Virus record (IMG/VR): IMGVR_UViG_3300017730_000080
Coordinates: 1-24,823 of that record
Origin: a virus
Lineage: Duplodnaviria; Caudoviricetes
Length of the DNA: 24,823 bases
Reading direction: 5' to 3' (one strand)
Positions 1 through 7,202 of this stretch are shown one piece after another (position 1 is the first letter of the stretch; the number at the start of each line of letters is the position of its first letter). The notes under the pieces were generated by a model. It ran no database searches. It was not told where the DNA came from and worked only from the letters and a program-made list of their open reading frames with translations. Made by a program: the position numbers and the translations under genes.

Positions 1-415
1 TATCATTTGGCGGTTTATTTCCTATTTTAGATATATGGATAACTGCGCCGCTTTCTTTTTGAACGGTCGCTACCTCATAATCAAATCTAACATCTGGTAT
101 AATTGGAAAAATCTTTTCTTTACTGTTTTTGATTTTATCAATAATCAAATCTGCCCAAATTGTTTCTCCATGTAGTCTTTTCATTGTTTCCCCATGACAA
201 ACTAATATATCTCTAACAATCTTCTTTTCTTCGGTATTTTCCGTATATGGACTGATCCCGTAATTATCATTACATATGTCTTTTACCTGCCATTTAATTT
301 GATCAGCAAAAGAAAGAATTTTTACTTCTACGTCCATGTTTTTAGAAATTATATCTGACAAGTGCTTTGCCAACGTATCCTTTCCTGCTCTAGCTAATCC
401 TCCAATTCCAATCAT
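1..415 (-). CDS. Deoxynucleoside monophosphate kinase (T4 gp1-like), 3' end truncated by window edge; absent from ORF track
   Basis: Manual translation from ATG at 415: MIGIGGLARAGKDTLAKHL (P-loop), SFADQIK, IWAD, IIPDVRFDYE, GAVIHISK; no stop to position 1; ATGA overlap with the upstream ORF stop at 412-414. Confidence 0.88.
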   Translation of the reverse strand, partial: MIGIGGLARAGKDTLAKHLSDIISKNMDVEVKILSFADQIKWQVKDICNDNYGISPYTENTEEKKIVRDILVCHGETMKRLHGETIWADLIIDKIKNSKEKIFPIIPDVRFDYEVATVQKESGAVIHISKIGNKPPND

Positions 416-702
416 TTTGATAAATAGTTTATTATTTTATTTAAAGACTTTGAGTTTTCGTGCATTCCCATATCTGCAAATATTTTATCTATTCTAAACA
501 GAATATCGGAATCTTCCATTTTTTCTTCAATTTTCTTTATCCTCATGCAAGGGGAAATCTGCGCATCTTCTTTTAATTGATCGATAACGCACTTTAATGC
601 TTTTCTAGATGCTGAATTCTCGCAACTTGCCTTAACAACCGTAAACCAATCTGCTGAGGTACATAAATAAAAACTATCTTTTGAGTCTTCCAACTTAATC
701 AT
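412..702 (-). CDS. Hypothetical protein (~96 aa; start re-called at ATG 702, MIKLEDSK)
   Basis: ORF track 412..732 opens at a non-ATG codon; ATG 702 lies 9 nt downstream of a candidate -10; stop overlaps the kinase start (ATGA). Confidence 0.7.
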   Translation of the reverse strand: MIKLEDSKDSFYLCTSADWFTVVKASCENSASRKALKCVIDQLKEDAQISPCMRIKKIEEKMEDSDILFRIDKIFADMGMHENSKSLNKIINYLSK

Positions 703-711
703 ATTTTCACT

Positions 712-739
712 AATATGTACTGTTAAAAGCAAAAGTCAA
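712..739 (-). promoter_or_regulatory. Sigma70-like promoter TTGACT-N16-CATATT for the leftward operon
   Basis: AGTCAA at 734-739 and AATATG at 712-717 on + strand; same 16-nt spacing as other promoters in the window. Confidence 0.55.
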
Positions 740-740
740 G

Positions 741-820
741 AAAAAAGAATCTTTTTCTTATTTTTTTATATATTTATTAAATATCTTATAAGTATTTTAT
801 ATATTTATAATGTATATATT
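741..820. other. Extremely AT-rich tract (6 G/C in 80 nt) with 14-bp direct repeat TTTTATATATTTAT; candidate DNA-unwinding element
   Basis: Direct count; repeat copies at 764-777 and 795-808; lies in the non-coding gap between divergent operons. Confidence 0.6.
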
Positions 821-854
821 ACTCGTCAACTCACTCCGTTCGTTAACTCGTAAT
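818..854 (-). repeat. Imperfect inverted repeat forming a minus-strand hairpin with two tandem GA/GA mismatches and a GGA triloop
   Basis: Minus strand reads ATTAC-GA-GTTAAC-GA-AC-GGA-GT-GA-GTTGAC-GA-GTAAT. Confidence 0.75.
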
Positions 855-861
855 CTACTTA

Positions 862-889
862 ATTTTACATCGAATACACGAAAAGTCAA
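862..889 (-). promoter_or_regulatory. Sigma70-like promoter TTGACT-N16-TAAAAT firing into the hairpin/AT-rich tract, with no ORF directly downstream
   Basis: AGTCAA 884-889 and ATTTTA 862-867 on + strand. Confidence 0.65.
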
Positions 890-926
890 GTAAAAAAAAC
901 TTTTTTATTTAATACGAAAAAAAAGA

Positions 927-954
927 TTGACTTTTGAATATGACGGTGTAAATT
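927..954 (+). promoter_or_regulatory. Promoter for nrdB: TTGACT-N16-TAAATT overlapped by GTGTAA motif (946-951)
   Basis: Motifs read directly; ATG at 964, no Shine-Dalgarno. Confidence 0.65.
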
Positions 955-963
955 TATTGGTAT

Positions 964-1935
964 ATGTTATTCGAAGAGCAAATATCAAGGAAGCCAAATC
1001 TTTATCCGTGGACGGATGATTTTGTAAACGCCATGCACAATGGGTTCTGGACAGACAAAGAATTTAATTTTCAGTCAGATGTCCAAGATTTTAAGGTAAA
1101 CTTAAACGATAAAGAGAGAGAAATAATCAAAAGAACTCTTTCTGCTATTGGTCAAGTTGAAGTTTCTGTAAAGAAATTTTGGGCCAACCTAGGCGATCAT
1201 CTACCACACCCAGGCATTACCGATCTTGGATACGTCATGGCAAATATTGAGGTTATCCATAATAATGCTTATGAGAGACTACTTAGCGTTTTGGAGCTTG
1301 AGGATGTTTTTGAAGAAAATTTAAAATTACCCATAATTAAAGGAAGGGTAGACTATCTCAAAAAATATCTAGAAAAATGCTACAAAGATGATAAAAAACA
1401 ATACATCTACTCAATGATCCTTTTCACATTGTTTGTTGAGAATGTTTCTCTATTTAGCCAGTTCTATATTATTAATTGGTTCAATAGATTTGACAATGTG
1501 CTTAAAGACACCGCCCAGCAAGTAGCTTACACAAGTCGTGAAGAAAATATCCACGGACTAGTTGGAACTAAAATCTTAAATACACTAAGAGAAGAATATC
1601 CAGACCTCTTTAATGCCGACCTACCTTATAGACTAAAAGAAGAAGCTCAATGCGCGTTTGATGCAGAAGCAAATATTATCGATTGGATACTTGGCGATTA
1701 CGACAGAGAAGGTTTAAACGCTGGCATTTTAAAAGAATTTATTAAAAACAGACTCAATGAGTCTTTGGAACAAATTGGCTTTGAACCTGTTTTTGATGTT
1801 GACAAAGATAAAATAAACCTTACTATATGGTTTGATGAAGATGTATTAGGCAATTCCGCCACGGACTTCTTCTTCAAGCGTCCTGTCGAATATTCGAAAA
1901 AGGACAAATCATTTGACGAAGACGATTTATTTTAA
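964..1935 (+). CDS. nrdB: Class I ribonucleotide reductase beta subunit (class Id/NrdBi-like)
   Basis: FW motif; ferritin-like ligands QVEVSVKKFW, EVIHNNAY, FVENVSLFSQF, REENIH; C-terminal DFF..RPVEY tail. Confidence 0.95.
   Translation: MLFEEQISRKPNLYPWTDDFVNAMHNGFWTDKEFNFQSDVQDFKVNLNDKEREIIKRTLSAIGQVEVSVKKFWANLGDHLPHPGITDLGYVMANIEVIHNNAYERLLSVLELEDVFEENLKLPIIKGRVDYLKKYLEKCYKDDKKQYIYSMILFTLFVENVSLFSQFYIINWFNRFDNVLKDTAQQVAYTSREENIHGLVGTKILNTLREEYPDLFNADLPYRLKEEAQCAFDAEANIIDWILGDYDREGLNAGILKEFIKNRLNESLEQIGFEPVFDVDKDKINLTIWFDEDVLGNSATDFFFKRPVEYSKKDKSFDEDDLF
1799..1826 (+). promoter_or_regulatory. Internal promoter TTGACA-N16-TACTAT inside nrdB 3' end, upstream of small ORF and nrdA
   Basis: Motif read directly; matches window-wide consensus. 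Confidence 0.6.
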
Positions 1936-1937
1936 TT

Positions 1938-2144
1938 ATGGATTATTTAGAAGCGATATTACAAAAACTAATTGGCCAAAAGGCTATAGAAACACAAGAT
2001 TTAATGGTATACCTTAGCAACCCAGTTGGGGTTGGTGAGCACTCTGACATAGGTGAAGAGATAGAAAAAAAAGTATCTAAAATAGATCAACTCAATTCAA
2101 AAATTGAGACTATACGAGAATTGTTAAAAACATTAAATAAATAA
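1938..2144 (+). CDS. Small phage coiled-coil protein with YLxNPVGVGEHxDI motif
   Basis: Fills the nrdB-nrdA gap with 2-nt and 1-nt spacing; motif recalled from conserved hypothetical proteins of aquatic phages. Confidence 0.75.
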   Translation: MDYLEAILQKLIGQKAIETQDLMVYLSNPVGVGEHSDIGEEIEKKVSKIDQLNSKIETIRELLKTLNK

Positions 2145-2145
2145 T

Positions 2146-3798
2146 ATGGAATTAAAGGATTATTACTGGCTTAATAAAGATTCAAGAACTTTCCTTAAAA
2201 GGGGGTACTTGGAAAACGATGAAACCCCAGAAGAAAGAATAGCTACTATAGCTGATTCTGCCCAAAAAGCACTATCTATACCTGGATTCTCTGAAAAATT
2301 TCAGAGCTATATGGCTAAGGGTTGGTTTTCCCTTTCCTCTCCTATTTGGGCTAATTACGGGAAGAAAAGAGGCTTGCCTATTTCCTGCTTTGGTTCTTTT
2401 GTAGAAGACCAGATGGAAGAAATTTTAAAGAAAAGCACCGAGGTCGGAATGATGACTAAGGGTGGAGGAGGCACATCTGGATATTTTGGCGCTTTAAGGC
2501 CAAGGGGTGCTGATATAGGAAGCGGAGGTAAATCTAATGGGCCAGTCCATTTCCTGGAAATTTTTGAGACGATAGCAAATGTAGTTTCACAATCAAACGT
2601 TCGTAGGGGTAGCTTTGCTGCTTACTTGCCAGTAGAGCACCCAGACATTTTAGAATTCCTTCAAATTAGAGGTGATGGAAATCCCATACAAAATCTTTCT
2701 ATAGGCGTAACCATAGGTGACGCTTGGATGAAAGAAATGCTTGCAGGGGACAAAGACAAGCGTAAAGTATGGGGCGCCATCATAAAGAAAAGATTTGAAA
2801 GTGGATATCCCTATGTTTTGTTTAAAAACGCTGTGAACAGAAATTCTCCAAAAGTCTACCAAGATAAGGGGTTGGAAATATATGCAAGTAATTTATGTTC
2901 TGAAATAGCTCTACATTCAAATAAAGACGAGTCTTTTGTTTGTAACTTATCTTCAATGAATTTACTTCATTATGACGAATGGAAAAATACAGACGCCGTA
3001 GAAACATTAACATATTTCTTGGATGCTGTTATGACGGAGTTTATTTCTAAATGCAAGGATTCCCCTTATATGGAAGCTCCTATGAATTTTGCAAAAAATC
3101 AAAGAGCTTTAGGTATAGGTGTTCTTGGATGGCACTCTGTACTTCAATCTAAAATGATTCCATTTGAATCAATGGAAGCTAAATTTTTAAATACAGAAAT
3201 TCATAAGTTTATCCAAGAAAAGACTCAATATGCTACTGAGCAATTAGCTGAAGTTTATGGTGAACCACCTTTACTAAAAGGATACGGTAAGAGAAATGTC
3301 ACTACAATGGCTATTGCACCTACAACTTCTAGTTCTTTTATTCTAGGTCAAGTTTCTCCAAGTATAGAACCGCTGAATAGTAATTATTTTGTAAAAGATC
3401 TAGCTAAAGGTAAGTTTACTTACAAAAATCCTTATTTAGAATCTTTACTGGAAGAAAAAGAGCAGAATACTCCAGCAATATGGAAAAAGATTTTAGTGAA
3501 AGGCGGTTCAGTAGAAAGTTTAGATTTTTTATCTGAAGAAGAAAAGTCTGTATTTAAAACATTTGGAGAGATTAGCCAAAAAGAAGTTATCATTCAAGCC
3601 GCTCAAAGACAAAAATTTATAGATCAAGCCCAAAGCTTAAACATTATGGTTCACCCCAAATCTTCCCCAAAGGACGTAAGTCAATTAATGATCTTTGCTT
3701 GGGAACAGGGAGTTAAAACACTATATTACCAAAGAGGCACCAATCCATCACAAGAATTAAGTAGAAATTTATTAGAATGCCAATCTTGCTCTGGTTAA
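2146..3798 (+). CDS. nrdA: Class I ribonucleotide reductase alpha subunit, compact form without ATP cone
   Basis: PISCF, GGGTSG, RRGSFAAYL, SNLCSEI (thiyl Cys), VCNLSS, IAPTTSSS, KTLYY, C-terminal CQSC. Confidence 0.95.
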   Translation: MELKDYYWLNKDSRTFLKRGYLENDETPEERIATIADSAQKALSIPGFSEKFQSYMAKGWFSLSSPIWANYGKKRGLPISCFGSFVEDQMEEILKKSTEVGMMTKGGGGTSGYFGALRPRGADIGSGGKSNGPVHFLEIFETIANVVSQSNVRRGSFAAYLPVEHPDILEFLQIRGDGNPIQNLSIGVTIGDAWMKEMLAGDKDKRKVWGAIIKKRFESGYPYVLFKNAVNRNSPKVYQDKGLEIYASNLCSEIALHSNKDESFVCNLSSMNLLHYDEWKNTDAVETLTYFLDAVMTEFISKCKDSPYMEAPMNFAKNQRALGIGVLGWHSVLQSKMIPFESMEAKFLNTEIHKFIQEKTQYATEQLAEVYGEPPLLKGYGKRNVTTMAIAPTTSSSFILGQVSPSIEPLNSNYFVKDLAKGKFTYKNPYLESLLEEKEQNTPAIWKKILVKGGSVESLDFLSEEEKSVFKTFGEISQKEVIIQAAQRQKFIDQAQSLNIMVHPKSSPKDVSQLMIFAWEQGVKTLYYQRGTNPSQELSRNLLECQSCSG

Positions 3799-3804
3799 GT
3801 GTAA
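3799..3804 (+). promoter_or_regulatory. GTGTAA motif (putative phage late promoter), 9 nt before ATG 3814
   Basis: Recurs 8-12 nt before six start codons. Confidence 0.6.
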
Positions 3805-3813
3805 ATAAATAAT

Positions 3814-4125
3814 ATGGAGATAGATTTTTCAGATCAAATCAAAAGTAATTCAAGTCTTTGGGAAAATATTCGCAAAAAGAAAGAGCGTATTAAACAAGGT
3901 TCTAAAGAAAAAATGCGCAAGGTCGGAGACAAAGGTGCTCCAACAAAAGAACAAATAGAAAGAGCCAAAGGAGAAAAAAAAGCTATCGGCGAGAAGAAAG
4001 ACTTCAAACCACATATGATGTATGATCCTAAAACGGGCAAAGGCTATGAAGCAAAAACCTACAAGGATCATTTAAAAATGAAAGACATGGGCTATACCCA
4101 TGAAAATCCTAATAAAAAAGTGTAA
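3814..4125 (+). CDS. Basic two-module protein with N-terminal MEIDFSDQI tag; putative virion internal protein
   Basis: Modules LWENIRKKKERIKQGSKEKMRK.GDKGAPT and FKPHMMYDPKTGKG..AKTY.DHL.MK.MGYTHE resemble short basic modules of aquatic phages; GTGTAA upstream. Confidence 0.65.
   Translation: MEIDFSDQIKSNSSLWENIRKKKERIKQGSKEKMRKVGDKGAPTKEQIERAKGEKKAIGEKKDFKPHMMYDPKTGKGYEAKTYKDHLKMKDMGYTHENPNKKV
4120..4125 (+). promoter_or_regulatory. GTGTAA motif doubling as last codon plus stop of the upstream ORF, 9 nt before ATG 4135
   Basis: Read directly. Confidence 0.55.
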
Positions 4126-4134
4126 ATCTCCTTA

Positions 4135-4425
4135 ATGTCTACACTAAACGAAGATAGGTTAACCCGAATAGAGGAGAAGGTTGATAAATTATCAGACGCT
4201 ATTATCTCTATAGCCAGAGCTGAAGAAAAATTAATCCAGCTAGGCACTTTAACTGACGTATTGTTCAAAAAAATAGAGGACATGAACTCGAGGATGATGG
4301 AAATGGAAAGGTCAGTAGCTGAAACAAAAGCTTTTATGAACGGATTTAATAAAATTACTTGGGTTTTTGTTAGTGGATTATTGACGGCCGTAGCTGCCGC
4401 TGTAGTATATAAACTCTGGGGTTAA
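4135..4425 (+). CDS. Coiled-coil protein with one C-terminal TM helix (XhlA/holin-like architecture)
   Basis: Heptad-rich N-terminus RLTRIEEKVDKL; hydrophobic ITWVFVSGLLTAVAAAVVY at the C-terminus. Confidence 0.7.
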   Translation: MSTLNEDRLTRIEEKVDKLSDAIISIARAEEKLIQLGTLTDVLFKKIEDMNSRMMEMERSVAETKAFMNGFNKITWVFVSGLLTAVAAAVVYKLWG

Positions 4426-4441
4426 AATTTTTTTAAAAAAA

Positions 4442-4447
4442 GTGTAA
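4442..4447 (+). promoter_or_regulatory. GTGTAA motif 11 nt before ATG 4459, preceded by T7A7 palindrome (4428-4441)
   Basis: Read directly. Confidence 0.6.
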
Positions 4448-4458
4448 TACTATATATC

Positions 4459-5373
4459 ATGGAACTAGATTTTTCAGAAGAACTCCAAGCTGATAGAGCA
4501 GGGCCCAAAAGTGCGGCTCAAACACCAGCTAAACCAGAAGAAAGAAAAGAAGGATCTTCTGTTAATGAGCCTGGTTCCGCTGCTGGCGCAATTACCTTTA
4601 GTGAAAAAGTCACAACAGCTCTCAAAAACAAAGTCAAAAAGCACAACGAAAAACACTCCAAAAAGGTAACTTTAGGAATGTTGAAAAAAATATATCGTAG
4701 AGGTGCGGGAGCCTTTTCCACTTCACATAGGCCTGGCCAAACCAGAGGAAGCTGGGCGATGGCTAGAGTCAATATGTTTCTAAAGATGGTTCGCGGCGGT
4801 AAGGTAAAAAAATCTTATAGAGCAGCAGATCAAGATGTAGCAAAAGCCTCAGAAGAAGAACTCTTTAATTTGGCAGATACATTTAATGAATGGAGCCCAG
4901 GAGACTTCTCAGAAGCCAGAGACATTTCAAATGTGGAATTTGCTTTAGCTAGAATCGACTTACTGGCCGTAGGCACAACTCCAACAGAAATGTTAGAGGG
5001 AGACGCGTCAGAAGATTTTATATCAGAAGCTAAAGAAAAAAAAACTTTAAACAAACCATTTAGACTACCAAGCGGCTCGAAAAAAAAGTTTGGAGTTTAC
5101 GTTAAAAACGAAAAAGGTAATGTTGTTAAGGTAACCTTTGGCGATCCAAATATGGAAATAAAAAGAGACGACCCAGAACGTCGTAAATCATTTAGAGCTA
5201 GACATCAATGCGACACAAATCCTGGCCCTAAATATAAAGCTCGATATTGGTCTTGTAAACAATGGAGGGCTGGTAAAAAAGTAGAAGCATCTGAAGAGCT
5301 TGAATCTAATGCTTCACTTCTACTTATAAATCCTAAATTAGCTGAAGCCCCAACTATTCAAGAAGAAGAGTAG
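4459..5373 (+). CDS. Modular protein with MELDFSEEL tag, an HRPG/WAMARV domain (DUF5824-like) and an FGD..RRKSFRARH..C..YWSC domain (DUF5754-like); putative virion internal protein
   Basis: Motifs LKKIYRRGAGAFSTSHRPG..WAMARVNMFL and KVTFGDPNMEIKRDDPERRKSFRARHQC..ARYWSC; family names from memory, not searched. Confidence 0.65.
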   Translation: MELDFSEELQADRAGPKSAAQTPAKPEERKEGSSVNEPGSAAGAITFSEKVTTALKNKVKKHNEKHSKKVTLGMLKKIYRRGAGAFSTSHRPGQTRGSWAMARVNMFLKMVRGGKVKKSYRAADQDVAKASEEELFNLADTFNEWSPGDFSEARDISNVEFALARIDLLAVGTTPTEMLEGDASEDFISEAKEKKTLNKPFRLPSGSKKKFGVYVKNEKGNVVKVTFGDPNMEIKRDDPERRKSFRARHQCDTNPGPKYKARYWSCKQWRAGKKVEASEELESNASLLLINPKLAEAPTIQEEE

Positions 5374-5374
5374 A

Positions 5375-5563
5375 ATGACTGGCCATTTCGCTACTGGTTC
5401 TACATTATACCAAGAATTTTTGGCGGAAAGAGAAGAAATCTTAAAACACAAGTGGATTGAATCAGAAAAAGCTGGTGAAGATATAGGCTTTGAAAGAGCT
5501 TTGTTAACTTGGGTAACTGGCCACAGAACAGAGTGGAAATCTCATAGACGCGATTTAAAATAA
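5375..5563 (+). CDS. Small DUF4032-C-terminal-like protein
   Basis: LYQEFLAEREEILKHKWIESEKAGEDIGFERALLTW matches the EI..HKW..SE.AG.DIG pattern. Confidence 0.75.
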   Translation: MTGHFATGSTLYQEFLAEREEILKHKWIESEKAGEDIGFERALLTWVTGHRTEWKSHRRDLK

Positions 5564-5569
5564 AACCTA

Positions 5570-5827
5570 ATGGAACAATTCTTAGGTTTAGTATATACAG
5601 TATGCTTTAGTACTTGCATTTGGCCGCAAATAATTAAAAGTGTAAAAACAAAAAAAGTAGAAGATGTTAGTATCTCTCTTTTTATTCTTTCTATTATCGG
5701 ATATATATCCGCTATATCTTATACCATCCTAAGAGTAGGTTTTGATTTTTGGTGGTTGATAAATTACTGTTTAAGTTTATTATCAGCTATAATCATGGTT
5801 ATATTGTGGTTTAGATATAAAAAATAG
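5570..5827 (+). CDS. SemiSWEET / PQ-loop family 3-TM membrane protein
   Basis: WPQIIKSVKTKKVEDVS motif, three hydrophobic segments, 85 aa. Confidence 0.85.
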   Translation: MEQFLGLVYTVCFSTCIWPQIIKSVKTKKVEDVSISLFILSIIGYISAISYTILRVGFDFWWLINYCLSLLSAIIMVILWFRYKK

Positions 5828-5830
5828 AAA

Positions 5831-6874
5831 ATGAAAAAAGTTATTATTACTGGTGTTACTGGACAAGTCGGATCTTATATGGCTGACTTTTTATTAAAAT
5901 TCACAGACCTAGAGGTTTATGGCGCAATCAGAAGACTGAGCGTCCCCAATCACAAAAATATAGAAAAAGCTAAGCTAAATCCAAAATTCAAACTTATTGA
6001 AATGGATCTTACTGATGAACATAGCATGTTCAGCACAATTCAAGAAATCAAACCAGATTACTTTATAAATTTTGCCGCCAACTCTTTTGTTGGCAACAGC
6101 TGGCACATGCCAGCGAATCACTTTGACGTAAACGCTTTGGGCGTCATGCGACAACTAGAAGCCATCCGCAAGATCTGCCCCCATTGTAAATATTATAATG
6201 CTGGGTCTTCCGAAGAGTTTGGAGATGTTATGTATAGCCCACAAGACCTTAATCATCCACCAAGACCCAGAAGCCCCTATGGAGCTTCAAAGGTTGCTGC
6301 CAGACAAATTGTTAAAGTCTGGAGAGACTCTTATAAGTTGTTTGCTATCCAAGGATATTTATTTAATCACGAATCAGAGCGTCGTGGAGAAGAGTTTGTT
6401 ACGAGAAAAATTTCTATAAATGTAGCTAGAATCAAAAAAGAGTTAGCGGAAGGAAAAAAGCCAGAACCATTTGATTTAGGAAACATCGAAGCTAAGAGAG
6501 ATTGGAGTCATGCATATGACTTTGTTAGAGCTGTCTGGTTAATGCTTAATGAAGATAAACCAAAGGATTATTTGCTAGCTTCTGGAGAAACTCATACAGT
6601 AAGAGAATTTGTAGAGAAGGCTTTTGAAGCCGCAGAAATTGAAACTCATTGGCATGAGGAAGATAATCCAATTGATACTAAATTGATACACAATGAAACT
6701 GGTTCTATTTTATTAAAAATTAATAAAGATTTTTATAGACCAGCTGAAGTCGAACTTTTGCTTGGTGACCCATCTGAAGCGCAAAAAGATTTACATTGGG
6801 AAAAAAGCGTTGACTTTTCTACATTAGTGCGTAGGATGGTTGACAATGACATTGAAGAAATTAACGCCACATAA
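5831..6874 (+). CDS. gmd: GDP-mannose 4,6-dehydratase
   Basis: ITGVTGQVGSY, AGSSEEFG, PRSPYGASK (YxxxK), LFNHESERRGEEFVTRKI, KRDW, YRPAEVELLLGD. Confidence 0.95.
   Translation: MKKVIITGVTGQVGSYMADFLLKFTDLEVYGAIRRLSVPNHKNIEKAKLNPKFKLIEMDLTDEHSMFSTIQEIKPDYFINFAANSFVGNSWHMPANHFDVNALGVMRQLEAIRKICPHCKYYNAGSSEEFGDVMYSPQDLNHPPRPRSPYGASKVAARQIVKVWRDSYKLFAIQGYLFNHESERRGEEFVTRKISINVARIKKELAEGKKPEPFDLGNIEAKRDWSHAYDFVRAVWLMLNEDKPKDYLLASGETHTVREFVEKAFEAAEIETHWHEEDNPIDTKLIHNETGSILLKINKDFYRPAEVELLLGDPSEAQKDLHWEKSVDFSTLVRRMVDNDIEEINAT
6810..6837 (+). promoter_or_regulatory. Internal promoter TTGACT-N16-TAGGAT within gmd 3' end; ATG 6846 lies 8 nt downstream
   Basis: Read directly. Confidence 0.6.
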
Positions 6875-7202
6875 AAGACGACAAGCCGTTATTGGCAAAC
6901 TCGTTGATGTTCCATCTGCCCAAAAAAGGTTCTTCTGGGCCAGAGAAATGAAACTTCTAAAAGATTTAGAAACTAGATACTCTTTAGATTTTCTAGAAAT
7001 TGTTACTTTTCCTAAGAAATATGATAGTTTAGCATACTTGGTATCTAAAGCCCTCAAAGAAACAATGGATAGAAAGTGGAGCAATTTTAACTTTAAAGTT
7101 GACTTTTCCAAATATGATCCTATTGTTTTAGGAGAAAAAACTGGAAAAGATTATATTCCCAGTGATAATAAACCAAAAAATACAAAAGATTTATTTAAAT
7201 GA
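6846..7202 (+). CDS. Hypothetical basic protein upstream of recA (start re-called at ATG 6846)
   Basis: ORF track 6840..7202; ATGA overlap with recA start. Confidence 0.7.
   Translation: MTLKKLTPHKRRQAVIGKLVDVPSAQKRFFWAREMKLLKDLETRYSLDFLEIVTFPKKYDSLAYLVSKALKETMDRKWSNFNFKVDFSKYDPIVLGEKTGKDYIPSDNKPKNTKDLFK
7099..7126 (+). promoter_or_regulatory. Internal promoter candidate TTGACT-N16-TATTGT upstream of recA
   Basis: Read directly. Confidence 0.5.

Noticed and set aside
40-70. Possible frameshift in the dNMP kinase A-run
   Set aside because: Recount shows the frame is continuous (CAA AAA GAA AGC GGC GCA GTT) to the window edge
5640-5645. GTGTAA inside the PQ-loop gene
   Set aside because: No start codon 8-12 nt downstream and lacks the WnnnAT continuation; likely chance
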